Sequence record: NC_094493.1
Reading direction: 5' to 3' (one strand)
Origin: a phage
Length of the DNA stretch: 64,000 nt
Positions 10,733-19,840 of the stretch are shown here, in pieces; within the stretch, counting starts at the first letter, position 1; the number at the start of each line of letters is the position of its first letter. A model generated the notes under the pieces. That model was not told where the DNA came from. It made no database searches and saw only the letters and a list, made by a program, of their open reading frames with translations. A program made the translations under genes and the position numbers.

Positions 10733-11004
10733 ACCTTCTCGTTGATAAATTTACGGGCGGTTTGGTGAGTTGTTTCTGCTGTCTTCAGAATAATATTAAT
10801 TTTATCGTCAAGATCATTCATCTCAGCAGCTAATTCAGGAATCTCTCCGGCATGCATAGTGAAATCATACATAGACATGCCAAGAATCTCATTGATTCGG
10901 CGGTTGCATTCTGCAGCACGCTGGTTCATTTTCCAAGCTAACACCAGAGCCTCTTGCGTAGCCTCCAGTGCAAAGTCTAATACGTCAGCTTCTTCTTTCG
11001 TCAT
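10729..11004 (-). CDS. hypothetical protein (91 aa)
   Basis: 4-nt start/stop overlap with downstream gene; helical, acidic. Confidence 0.5.
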   Translation of the reverse strand: MTKEEADVLDFALEATQEALVLAWKMNQRAAECNRRINEILGMSMYDFTMHAGEIPELAAEMNDLDDKINIILKTAETTHQTARKFINEKV

Positions 11005-11059
11005 CTCAGTCTCTCTTGTTGTATTGTTGGTAGGTGCATGAACACCTTATATCTCACTT

Positions 11060-11626
11060 TTATTCAAACTGCAATAGCAAGTCCACCACCGCACTAGGCC
11101 TGTCAACAAATTCCCCAGGCCCACATGCCCATAGAGGGTATCCATCAACATACCGCCATATCCAACCTGCAGTGTGAAGCTCAAGCAGGGCAGTGCCGTC
11201 CTTACTGTCAACCACCCTTTCCCACAGTGTTGGGCAGCGAAGCTTGAGAATCGGGTCCCCGCCCTTATACCCGTCCATGTAGATACCCATTGCAAAGTTC
11301 AGCATCATCTTTTTGTGCACTGATCTCTTACTGAGAGTGCTCATCACTTCCTCTTTGTGAATGTTTGTAAGCTTCTCCTTGGCTACCCGCAGATTGTTGC
11401 AACCATTGTTCAGCAGATCTTCCAGACACTTGATCCGAAGGTCGTGAATGTCTTTGTCGTGTACCGTTGGCACAGGGTCGTAGCGGTATAGCACTGTTGA
11501 TACAAGGTTGCTCGGGTGTGGGTCTGACAGCAACCCATAACCCCAATACTCTTCTGTATCTGAAAGGACAAGACACCCAATGTCTCTGTCAAGCTTTCCT
11601 GTGTTGTAAGCCACATTGACCGCCAT
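11060..11626 (-). CDS. hypothetical protein (188 aa)
   Basis: Long ORF in the co-oriented block; abuts 11629. Confidence 0.55.
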   Translation of the reverse strand: MAVNVAYNTGKLDRDIGCLVLSDTEEYWGYGLLSDPHPSNLVSTVLYRYDPVPTVHDKDIHDLRIKCLEDLLNNGCNNLRVAKEKLTNIHKEEVMSTLSKRSVHKKMMLNFAMGIYMDGYKGGDPILKLRCPTLWERVVDSKDGTALLELHTAGWIWRYVDGYPLWACGPGEFVDRPSAVVDLLLQFE

Positions 11627-11628
11627 GA

Positions 11629-11874
11629 CTATAGCTCCACTAACAAAGTGCTTTCAAAGTGCCGTTCATGCAGACCGTTGTAAGGGACCACTTCTACAAC
11701 GCCATCACGGACATATGGGGCCATCATGGTGGTATAATCTCCAAACGGGTTGGTATTGTCACTAACCACAACCACCTTCTGCCCTTCCTTGGCAGAGTGC
11801 CAAATAGATCTGCACTTCATCAGGTGTTCGAGAGCTCCAGGTAAAATTTTGTTACGTTCTTTACGGGTCTTCAT
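11629..11874 (-). CDS. hypothetical protein (81 aa)
   Basis: Start/stop overlap with neighbours on both sides. Confidence 0.5.
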   Translation of the reverse strand: MKTRKERNKILPGALEHLMKCRSIWHSAKEGQKVVVVSDNTNPFGDYTTMMAPYVRDGVVEVVPYNGLHERHFESTLLVEL

Positions 11875-12320
11875 AATAGGTATAGCTCCTTATGAAAGTA
11901 GTCTTTTAATTTCTCACTGAGAAACCTCTTGATACCTTCCTCTAAAGTGTTTTCGATGTAGTCCAGCTTAACTGCTTCGATGGACATATCATAGATCGCC
12001 AGCTCTAAGCTGTCAAGTCCCATCATAGCATGAACCATAAGATTTTCATCTTCAGATACATTCAGGGGACTTCCTATAACATCTGTAGGGAGGATAGTTT
12101 CCCAATTATTCTGGGTGGTAGTTCTCCCGCCATCCACTTTACGGCGTAGTTCGAAGGTGTTCTTAGTGTAGAACACTTCATAAGAAACGATACGGCTGTC
12201 GCTCTCATAATAAACGAAGTTCAGGTAGGAGCCTAGCCGCAGTCGGCAAACTTCTACCCCAAACCATTGTTTCTTATAAGAATTCAGGCTAATGCTGTCG
12301 CATTCACGTTTGCTCAACAC
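11871..12320 (-). CDS. hypothetical protein (149 aa)
   Basis: Co-oriented ORF, 4-nt overlap with downstream gene. Confidence 0.55.
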   Translation of the reverse strand: MLSKRECDSISLNSYKKQWFGVEVCRLRLGSYLNFVYYESDSRIVSYEVFYTKNTFELRRKVDGGRTTTQNNWETILPTDVIGSPLNVSEDENLMVHAMMGLDSLELAIYDMSIEAVKLDYIENTLEEGIKRFLSEKLKDYFHKELYLL

Positions 12321-12336
12321 GGCTCTCTCCTTTTTG

Positions 12337-12570
12337 TTAATCTTCGTAAATCAGGATTTCTGCTTTAGGTTTTCGTGCTTTCAGGTCCAGCTCTATCCAG
12401 TGCACCATAGCTGTTTCAAGAAAAACAGCTTGGATGCATCCGTCCTCAGCGTGCCCCACCAACATAACAAGATCTTCACCTTCGTCATCTGCATAACTAA
12501 CATACAGAATCTCTCCAGGTTCAAAGTCTTTCACAACCTGATTGCTGGATAATTTACGAATTTTTGCCAT
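12337..12570 (-). CDS. hypothetical protein (77 aa)
   Basis: Co-oriented ORF, acidic. Confidence 0.5.
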   Translation of the reverse strand: MAKIRKLSSNQVVKDFEPGEILYVSYADDEGEDLVMLVGHAEDGCIQAVFLETAMVHWIELDLKARKPKAEILIYED

Positions 12571-12571
12571 A

Positions 12572-12835
12572 TCAGAAACCCTCTAAAAAGCTCTTGTAGA
12601 AAATAATTTCAGTGTCCACACCTGTCACGATCTTATCGTTTCGGATCTCATCTGTGAGGTAGGTATCGAAACGTAGTACTTGTGTGGTATTGTCACACAT
12701 CCACTCAGCTGTGACCATTGCGAAAATCTTAGCATCTTCATTATCTGGTGTGAATGTTACCACCTCGCCGCACTTAAACTTTTCGATAGGTTGAGTGTTA
12801 GCTTTCGGTTCTGCGATAGTGATTTTCGTGGTCAT
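12572..12835 (-). CDS. hypothetical protein (87 aa)
   Basis: Co-oriented ORF abutting neighbours. Confidence 0.5.
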   Translation of the reverse strand: MTTKITIAEPKANTQPIEKFKCGEVVTFTPDNEDAKIFAMVTAEWMCDNTTQVLRFDTYLTDEIRNDKIVTGVDTEIIFYKSFLEGF

Positions 12836-13101
12836 TACTCTTCCTCCATAGTTTCACCAAATACTTCGATACGAGCATCGAGCTCGGTTGCTTTCAGCTC
12901 CCCAACAAAATATTTTAGTTCTTTCTCGTCCAGATCGTAAGCCCACACACAAGAAGAACATGCAGATTTCACAATCAGCAGCGTAGATACACGACCTGAC
13001 TCTGTGATCATGCTCACAATGGTTCCCACAGGGAACGTGTTGATAGCTTTTTTAACTGGGCGTTCAGCTTTAATTACTACCTCTGTTGCCATAAATAACA
13101 T
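12835..13101 (-). CDS. hypothetical protein (88 aa)
   Basis: Co-oriented ORF, 1-nt overlap with downstream gene. Confidence 0.5.
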   Translation of the reverse strand: MLFMATEVVIKAERPVKKAINTFPVGTIVSMITESGRVSTLLIVKSACSSCVWAYDLDEKELKYFVGELKATELDARIEVFGETMEEE

Positions 13102-13107
13102 CCTCTC

Positions 13108-14589
13108 TTACTTAGCGTACTCGATTAATTCCACAGTTTTACCAAAGCTAGGGATATAATTTTTATTATACCCTTCGGTTAGAACCCATAAAGTATCGTA
13201 CTTTTTCCACTTGTTGTCAACAGCCTTTTGTTCAAAGTTATGCTCAAAGTATAGGTCGGTCAGGACGATGACATCTTTTGCATTTGGTATGTTGGCATCC
13301 AGATACTCGAACACGCAAGCAGCTGTTGTTCCCCATGTTGAGTGGACCTCATAGTTGATCATTTCGTCTATGTTGCCGCGAGTGTATACTTTAACCTCCC
13401 CAACCTCAGTTGACCAACAGAACATTGTAACCTTAAATTCTTTATACAGATTGCACAATCCGGTTATTTCATTGAACATTTTCTTTAAAGTTCTTTGAGA
13501 GATCGAGCCAGAAACGTCTAAAGCTACAACAATATCTATGGTGTTTTCCGGATTACGACCGGGAACAATAACGTGCTGGTTCTTGTTTATAGCCCCAACT
13601 TTTCGCATTGTGCTGGTCAAAGACCCAGATCGGCGACCAGGTTTTCTGTAGGTCAGTTCAGCCTTTCGTTTAGACAACATGCGTTGCTTAATGATGTCTA
13701 TATAGTTGATTACAGGCTTACCCCTGTTCTTGACAAACTCACGCACCGCCTCAGGGCAACGACCTCCGGAAGCTTGCATTGCTGCTTCCAGCATGTCACC
13801 AGAGTCTTGCATGGCCTGATCTTTATCAGATTGGCTGATTACAGGTTGTGGCTGATCATACCCCATAGCCTTTCCAAGATCATCGCTGGTGCCACCGTTG
13901 CCGCTCATGTGATCATCGGTTTGTCGCTTATCTCCTTGAGAATTCTCACCTTTGCCGCTCTTACTTTTACCGTTATTCTGATCTCTTTGCTTATCAAGAA
14001 CTGCATAGACGTTCTCAGCAATCCATCCATGAAACTTCATGTCGCAGTAGCAACTAGCTAAGAAGCCAAAAGGCTTACCTTTTACGAACTCAGTGCTTTT
14101 CCCCTTTGGGAAGAAAACACAAGGAGGCTTGCTAAAGTCAACCACAAGACCTGTGTTGATAACGTGATCACAAGCAATATTGAACAGTTCCGGCTCAAAG
14201 CTTTTACCACGGACCAGATGATCACAGATAATATGCCCCACCTCATGTGACAGAAGAAAGGCCACCTCTTTCACAGATTTTGGGGAATAGAAAACCTCAG
14301 CCATCTCAAACTGCTTGTCAGTCAGAGATGCTTTAAGAATGGTTTTACGCTCATCCGCCAACCCCATAATGAACTCAGGGCTGTAGTAGATGCGTTTATG
14401 GTCGGTTGCCATGGTGGAGCACCATGTGTGGTTTTCTACGAACTGCAACCCTGACAGCAGTGTGCCATAAAACGGCAGCTTTTCAAGGAGATACATACGT
14501 GCAGCCTGCAACATTCTCAGGGCATCATCTTTCTGTGAGGCAATGATTTCTGAACTTCTGCTATCCATTAAAACTCCAGAAGGGGCCAT
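13108..14589 (-). CDS. vWA-domain protein with N-terminal HExxH metallopeptidase-like domain (MoxR-partner type)
   Basis: HEVGHIICDH (HExxH) near the N-terminus and a von Willebrand A MIDAS-like VVALDVSGSIS motif further on; 493 aa; ATG confirmed. Confidence 0.75.
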   Translation of the reverse strand: MAPSGVLMDSRSSEIIASQKDDALRMLQAARMYLLEKLPFYGTLLSGLQFVENHTWCSTMATDHKRIYYSPEFIMGLADERKTILKASLTDKQFEMAEVFYSPKSVKEVAFLLSHEVGHIICDHLVRGKSFEPELFNIACDHVINTGLVVDFSKPPCVFFPKGKSTEFVKGKPFGFLASCYCDMKFHGWIAENVYAVLDKQRDQNNGKSKSGKGENSQGDKRQTDDHMSGNGGTSDDLGKAMGYDQPQPVISQSDKDQAMQDSGDMLEAAMQASGGRCPEAVREFVKNRGKPVINYIDIIKQRMLSKRKAELTYRKPGRRSGSLTSTMRKVGAINKNQHVIVPGRNPENTIDIVVALDVSGSISQRTLKKMFNEITGLCNLYKEFKVTMFCWSTEVGEVKVYTRGNIDEMINYEVHSTWGTTAACVFEYLDANIPNAKDVIVLTDLYFEHNFEQKAVDNKWKKYDTLWVLTEGYNKNYIPSFGKTVELIEYAK

Positions 14590-14601
14590 TGGCCCCTGTC
14601 A

Positions 14602-15642
14602 TTATTTAACGTGTTTGAAAATACCTGCCAACTCGGTCATTGTCATGCGGGTGGTCTTCATAAGATCTGTCATAGCTTTCTCCATAATTGGAGATACTAC
14701 CATAAAGTTTCCTTTAGTGAAACCCTTATTCCAGTCGGTCACCAACAGTGGTTTAAGTCCAGCTCCGAGACGTTCACCAGTTAAAGCACAGCATTTGCGA
14801 ATATACGAACTCTTAAATTGGCTGAACGACAGATCAACTTTCATACCTGCATCGTAGAACGTTTGACAATAGAAAGTGTAAGCCTTAGCAATCTCAACAT
14901 CATCAGGCAGTGCAGGAACCTCTTCTGCAATCCCCTCTTCGACCTCCTGAGGCTCTTTTTCCTCTTCAGAGTTCTGTTCTTCAACTTCTTCTGTCACAGT
15001 CTCGTTCACGATGTCTGAAATGTGTTTGTTGGCTGCACGATCAGCCATGAAATTTTTAAAGTCCTGCATTGGTGACATATCTTCTTCCTCTTCGTCAAAT
15101 AGTGCTAGTTTATCTTCTTCTGTCCCGTATTGCAAGATGAAATCTTCAAAAGTATAATCACCTTTCAATTTCTCCATACGCTCTTCGCTCAGGTGGAGCA
15201 TCATCTGCTGGACAATTTTTCGATCAGTTTTGTCTTTAATCAGGATTGCAGTCTTTTTATCTACCAGACAGTCTTTCAGAGCATTGCACCTCAACCCTAC
15301 CACACAACAATTATCAATTGCGTAAGGACCTTCATCATCTATCCGCTCCAGAGATGGGTAGAAAGGATTTCCCAGTCCGTTTTCATCTGTGTGCATGTCG
15401 AAAGGTATAAGAGTGTAGTCGCATACCCCCTCCCCTAAAAGTTTTTTACCAAATAGGAGGTATTCTTCCCATGACAGGTCGAACTCTATATCTCGTTTCC
15501 GTGCGTTATTCTGTTTGCGTCTATATTTTTTGAGCAAGCGCTCTAACTCTTCTGGTGTATAATATTTTTCAAGATTCATGAGTTGTCTCTCGTGCTCTGT
15601 AAGTGAAGAAATCGTATCAATTGTCTTAACAGATGTCAACAT
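14602..15642 (-). CDS. hypothetical protein with duplicated Cys-containing motif and acidic linker (possible HNH-like nuclease)
   Basis: 347-aa ORF; two related segments (KRDIEFDLSWEEY...GVCDYT and AKAYTFYCQTF...KCCALTGERL) plus ERIDDEGPYAIDNCCVVGLRCNALK; ORF track starts at TTG 15645, ATG at 15642 used here. Confidence 0.55.
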   Translation of the reverse strand: MLTSVKTIDTISSLTEHERQLMNLEKYYTPEELERLLKKYRRKQNNARKRDIEFDLSWEEYLLFGKKLLGEGVCDYTLIPFDMHTDENGLGNPFYPSLERIDDEGPYAIDNCCVVGLRCNALKDCLVDKKTAILIKDKTDRKIVQQMMLHLSEERMEKLKGDYTFEDFILQYGTEEDKLALFDEEEEDMSPMQDFKNFMADRAANKHISDIVNETVTEEVEEQNSEEEKEPQEVEEGIAEEVPALPDDVEIAKAYTFYCQTFYDAGMKVDLSFSQFKSSYIRKCCALTGERLGAGLKPLLVTDWNKGFTKGNFMVVSPIMEKAMTDLMKTTRMTMTELAGIFKHVK

Positions 15643-15652
15643 CAAAAACGTG

Positions 15653-15681
15653 TTGACTTTACTCTAAATCTCCGATATAGT
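15653..15681 (+). promoter_or_regulatory. sigma70-type promoter for the plus-strand middle operon
   Basis: TTGACT, 17-nt spacer, TATAGT, about 40 nt upstream of the ATG at 15722. Confidence 0.6.
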
Positions 15682-15721
15682 GCACCCATTCGAAAGAAAA
15701 CCAACATAGGAGCACTCACTC

Positions 15722-16621
15722 ATGGCAAATCTTAACAGTTTTAGTACGCGGTGGAAACAGGACATAACAACCAATCTTTCAGCTGGGGACATCCTTTCTG
15801 CAATTTACGAGGCTTTAGATGATAAAGCTACTTCAAAAGCGGTTTGTACCAACCCACTAATTCCTGTAGTGATGAAGGTTATTGAGCGTAGATTGGTATC
15901 TGGGTCTGATAAGTGGACATATTTAGATAATGAAGGACACACCTATTCCAATGGGTACGTCGATATAAAAGTAGAATACGCGGTATCATACCGCCGGAGC
16001 GGTTCTGTAACTTTCAACTTCTCTGGAGGTTTTCGATCTCTGGCTACCTCACCTTTTGTTTCCTCAGAGGAGAAGTATGAGCTGCCATTTCTTTGGATGA
16101 TGGCTAACGCGACAGGAAAAACCCCCGTTAGCATCCGAGTAAAATACAACTACAACGGATCTAGTAAGATCTATGCCGAAAGTGTCTCAGCAAGTTTTTA
16201 TTTTGTGATGGGGGATGGAATCCTCAAACATATAAAGATGTGCGACATGCATGATGTTATAAATGAAGTGACTGATAAGAATGTTCTAGTGAAAGACCTT
16301 AACAATTTTTATACACCCGGAGACTATTACGTCAGCCGTCCACTGTGCATCTTTAATGCCGCACACCCTCTAGGTGAGTATTTGATCGCCAATAGCGATA
16401 TTGCCAATAACCGATTCGAGGTAGCAAGAGTTCAGAATGAGGTATTGACATCTTGCAAGAGCGGTGATAAGTTTACCGAAGAAGAGATGGGTGTTTTAGA
16501 AATGATGGGATATAAGTGTAGCCTTTGGGTAGATGAGGTGTTTAATGATTGCATCTATGGACAGGATATTTACCCATTAAAGAAGTATACTGATACAAGT
16601 TTAATTTATGCGAGGGTTTGA
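15722..16621 (+). CDS. hypothetical protein (299 aa)
   Basis: ATG with GGAG RBS; first gene after the divergent promoter region. Confidence 0.6.
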   Translation: MANLNSFSTRWKQDITTNLSAGDILSAIYEALDDKATSKAVCTNPLIPVVMKVIERRLVSGSDKWTYLDNEGHTYSNGYVDIKVEYAVSYRRSGSVTFNFSGGFRSLATSPFVSSEEKYELPFLWMMANATGKTPVSIRVKYNYNGSSKIYAESVSASFYFVMGDGILKHIKMCDMHDVINEVTDKNVLVKDLNNFYTPGDYYVSRPLCIFNAAHPLGEYLIANSDIANNRFEVARVQNEVLTSCKSGDKFTEEEMGVLEMMGYKCSLWVDEVFNDCIYGQDIYPLKKYTDTSLIYARV

Positions 16622-16896
16622 CTATGATGAAGGCATGTGGTAATGTATATTACGTCGGTGAACATGTTCAGGCAGACAGTGTGTGGAAATCTATTAAGTC
16701 CACCACTGACGATGCCTTTCTGAGTGGACTATGTTTCCCCAATCCGGGAGACATCCTCCCTCATCCTGGAGATTTTGTTGTCAACAAGATGGACGGTTAT
16801 ACCGTGTGCCTGATGGTTGAAAAAATCTTTTTAGACACTAGACACAATCACCGTCTTGTGTTAAAATTTCAAGAATGTAAAATGACAATTGCCTAA
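16618..16896 (+). CDS. hypothetical protein (92 aa)
   Basis: 4-nt overlap with upstream stop (translational coupling). Confidence 0.5.
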   Translation: MTMMKACGNVYYVGEHVQADSVWKSIKSTTDDAFLSGLCFPNPGDILPHPGDFVVNKMDGYTVCLMVEKIFLDTRHNHRLVLKFQECKMTIA

Positions 16897-16909
16897 GGAG
16901 ACCTTACCG

Positions 16910-17266
16910 ATGTCTAAAGTTACTTATCGTGCAGCTATTTACTGCAATGAACACCCAATCAATAATGATGGTCACTGCCTTTTTAAAGAAAATCAGTTGG
17001 GATGTATTGTCCTCCCTGATGAAGGGAAAGGTTATCTGATTGCATTGACAGGGTTTGAACCTGAAGCTCTGGAAGCCAATCTGGACTACCTGGTAGAAGA
17101 GGGTGCTGCAGACCTGGTTGCCAATGGCTTCTCCATAAGCCTTGACGAAGTGGAGCGCTTCATGGGCAATTACCGTGTAGTGCGTGAGTTTACTATCGAG
17201 GTGGAAACTCCAGAGTGGGGTAGCCATGAAACTAATGCCGAAGAAAAAGAAGAGGGGGTAGAATAA
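16910..17266 (+). CDS. hypothetical acidic protein
   Basis: ATG 16910 preceded by AAGGAG; ORF-track start 16889 is TTG. Confidence 0.55.
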   Translation: MSKVTYRAAIYCNEHPINNDGHCLFKENQLGCIVLPDEGKGYLIALTGFEPEALEANLDYLVEEGAADLVANGFSISLDEVERFMGNYRVVREFTIEVETPEWGSHETNAEEKEEGVE

Positions 17267-17523
17267 TGAAAGTGCAGATCTTGACTAATGCCGAGAAGAT
17301 GTTTATTGAAGATACACCTTTTGAAGCTGGTGAGCTACAGTTCATTTATTTTGTTGACTTAGATAAGGTGTTCCCTGCACTGAATCTTGGTCTGGATGAA
17401 GTTCCTCATAAGGTTTTGTGCCAAGTTGTTCGTGCATTAGCGGCAGATGGGGAGTTCCACACCCTTGAAGATGTCCAGACCTACGGGTATCTTGAACTAC
17501 AACGAGAAGAAGAGGTGAACTGA
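17266..17523 (+). CDS. hypothetical protein (85 aa)
   Basis: Overlapping stop/start with upstream gene. Confidence 0.5.
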   Translation: MKVQILTNAEKMFIEDTPFEAGELQFIYFVDLDKVFPALNLGLDEVPHKVLCQVVRALAADGEFHTLEDVQTYGYLELQREEEVN

Positions 17524-17525
17524 TA

Positions 17526-17906
17526 ATGGCCCAGTGGAAGACAACAGTTGACCTTCATGATCAGTGGTTAGGACGCATCACTGAAGACGGGAAGCTAGTG
17601 GAGTGGGACAATAAGCATGTTAGCGAGTTGGCAAGCATTGTGGCTGGCAAGTTACGCTCCAAGTTCCCTGAACAACTGGATCCTGATAATTCAAAGTTCG
17701 ATCCTGAGTTGGAGGATGTTGTATACTACTTCGATACCGTGGATGACTACGATGCGTGGCTTGCAGCACGGGAGCTTTACCCACAAGGCTCTGCTATGCG
17801 CCAGATGGAAGAAGATTATCCTCCGTGTGAGCAATTCAATAGCGCAATGACTTGCCTCTATGATTGGGCAGATAAGAACCTTGTCTGGATTCGAACTGCA
17901 TTCTAG
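17526..17906 (+). CDS. hypothetical protein (126 aa)
   Basis: Co-oriented ORF in operon. Confidence 0.5.
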   Translation: MAQWKTTVDLHDQWLGRITEDGKLVEWDNKHVSELASIVAGKLRSKFPEQLDPDNSKFDPELEDVVYYFDTVDDYDAWLAARELYPQGSAMRQMEEDYPPCEQFNSAMTCLYDWADKNLVWIRTAF

Positions 17907-17909
17907 CAG

Positions 17910-18218
17910 GTGGTGGTGGCAGGGATGCCGCTTAGAAGAGTAATAAACATGTTATACCAGAAACACGAACTTTGTGCAGAAAAAGAGTTAAATTTTGACA
18001 AAGTTATCCACAGATATTGTTATGGGAAGACCGGAAGACAACTAAGAAGGTGTACCCCAACATTCTTTCACCCCAGTAGACGGCTAAGTCCTGAAGAAGC
18101 AACAGCAGAAAGGGTTGCATACAACTGGGAAGTTGTGTACGATATTGACAGATCCGATGTGGCATCTGTTTTGGAAAACTTTGAAAACACTTACACACAA
18201 GTAGAGGACTTTTACTAA
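17910..18218 (+). CDS. hypothetical protein (102 aa)
   Basis: Co-oriented ORF; stop overlaps the start of the AAA+ gene. Confidence 0.5.
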   Translation: MVVAGMPLRRVINMLYQKHELCAEKELNFDKVIHRYCYGKTGRQLRRCTPTFFHPSRRLSPEEATAERVAYNWEVVYDIDRSDVASVLENFENTYTQVEDFY

Positions 18219-19402
18219 TGTCAAGAAACGTATTTGAAAGTGGTCAAATCACTGTCCGTGAGTTGCCAGCTATCATTCAGTTTGCCCAACGTCATAACCG
18301 ATCTGTCCTGATTTTAGGACCAATGGGCGTGGGGAAGAGCCAGGTGATGAAGCAGATCGCCGATAATATGTTCGGTGAGCGAGATGACAACCTGGTTGAC
18401 GTGCGACTGTCAGATAAAGATCCTGCCGACTTATCTGGGCTACCTATCCCTGTAGAAGCGGATGGAACTACACGTACAGTGTTTGCAATTCCAGAATTCT
18501 GGCCTGCAGATCCGGGCTGGAGCGGAATTATCTTTCTGGATGAGCTCACTCATGCAGATAACTACCTGCAAAAGGTTGCAATGCAGATTATGCTCGACCA
18601 CAAGTGCGGCACCTATGCATTCCCTAAGGGCTCTGTTTTTGTAGCTGCAGGTAACCGTTCTACAGATGGTGCTGTTCTTTCGGCGCTCGAAGCCCCTCTG
18701 GCTAACCGCTTTATCATTGTAGAAGTTACAAGCAACGCAGAGGTGTTTATTGAGGACTACGCATTCCTTAATGGGGTGCACTCCTCTGTAATTGGATATC
18801 TGAAAAGAGTTCCATCAGCTATTGATAATTATGAGGCCATGGCTGAGATTAATTGTCCATCTTTTGCCACACCGCGATCTTGGGTTGCTGCATCTGATAT
18901 CTTGCACGATTTTGACAGCGGTATTATTTCTGACGCTATGGCCCGTGTTCTTCTACAAGGTGCTATTGGTCACACTGCAGCGGTAGAGATCTGGACTTAC
19001 CACACCAAGAAACGCAACTTACCGGAAATCGGTCGGATTATGGCAGGAGGTTGCAAAGAATACGTAGGCCCTAAACAGCCAGACATCTTGTGGATTCTTG
19101 GATCTGAAGGTTGTATCGCTATTCGTAATATGATGGAAAATGCAAGTATCTCCGACGAAGATCTTGTTAGCTGTGTGGCAAACTTCCTCGATTTCCTTTG
19201 GGAAAACTTCAAGGACGAGAACCGAGATTTTGTATTCTCAGTCTTTATGGCGATGATGAAACCTAATGCCTTAGGAAATGCCTTGCTTATCGGTAAAGGT
19301 CGTGACAAGATTGTTGCTCAGCTGATCAAAGCATACCCAAACCTGATGAAGATTGTAAAAGAGTTTGGTGAAGAGTTTAGCGCCATTTTGGCTAAAGCTT
19401 AA
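18218..19402 (+). CDS. MoxR-like AAA+ ATPase
   Basis: Walker A LILGPMGVGKS and Walker B IIFLDELTHAD; single AAA core of about 390 aa as in MoxR/AAA_5 proteins. Confidence 0.75.
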   Translation: MSRNVFESGQITVRELPAIIQFAQRHNRSVLILGPMGVGKSQVMKQIADNMFGERDDNLVDVRLSDKDPADLSGLPIPVEADGTTRTVFAIPEFWPADPGWSGIIFLDELTHADNYLQKVAMQIMLDHKCGTYAFPKGSVFVAAGNRSTDGAVLSALEAPLANRFIIVEVTSNAEVFIEDYAFLNGVHSSVIGYLKRVPSAIDNYEAMAEINCPSFATPRSWVAASDILHDFDSGIISDAMARVLLQGAIGHTAAVEIWTYHTKKRNLPEIGRIMAGGCKEYVGPKQPDILWILGSEGCIAIRNMMENASISDEDLVSCVANFLDFLWENFKDENRDFVFSVFMAMMKPNALGNALLIGKGRDKIVAQLIKAYPNLMKIVKEFGEEFSAILAKA

Positions 19403-19411
19403 GGAGGTTGT

Positions 19412-19792
19412 ATGGCTAAAGTAGGTAAGCGGGGAAACTACCTGGTGGTATTGACCGAGGAGCCGGAGAAGGAGTACGAATGCAGCTCCACTTGCGTGAT
19501 CGATATCCGAGAAAAAGATGTAGATGAAATCTGGTTTAAAATATTGGACGCTTGCGATAGCAGTGATTATTTCTTCATCTATGTCAACGATAAGGCTGGG
19601 TTCTTCCATGACGACGGAGAGTTGCCGTATGAAATCTATGAACTTGTAGAGGCTTGCCATCGTGGAGATGCGGAGTTGTTTGGCTTACGGCTGAAAAGCG
19701 GTAAATTCTTCTATCAAGATGAGTGCATGAATCTTCATAACTTTGTAGAGGGAACTTGCAACGATGGAGAGATTTTGGCACACTACGATTAA
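19412..19792 (+). CDS. hypothetical protein (126 aa)
   Basis: ATG with GGAGG RBS immediately after the AAA+ gene. Confidence 0.5.
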   Translation: MAKVGKRGNYLVVLTEEPEKEYECSSTCVIDIREKDVDEIWFKILDACDSSDYFFIYVNDKAGFFHDDGELPYEIYELVEACHRGDAELFGLRLKSGKFFYQDECMNLHNFVEGTCNDGEILAHYD

Positions 19793-19804
19793 TTTCTAAT
19801 ACCA

Positions 19805-19830
19805 CCCCGCTTCGGCGGGGATTTTCTATT
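19805..19830 (+). terminator. putative intrinsic terminator
   Basis: CCCCGCttcgGCGGGG hairpin followed by ATTTTCTATTT. Confidence 0.6.
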
Positions 19831-19840
19831 TGGAGTTATT

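Noticed and set aside
8742-15438. Plus-strand ORFs 8742..9185, 9007..9318, 13573..14061, 14543..14857 and 15130..15438 overlapping the minus-strand block
   Set aside because: They are antisense to ORFs with recognisable motifs (zinc ribbon, vWA, HAD) and translate to low-complexity sequence.
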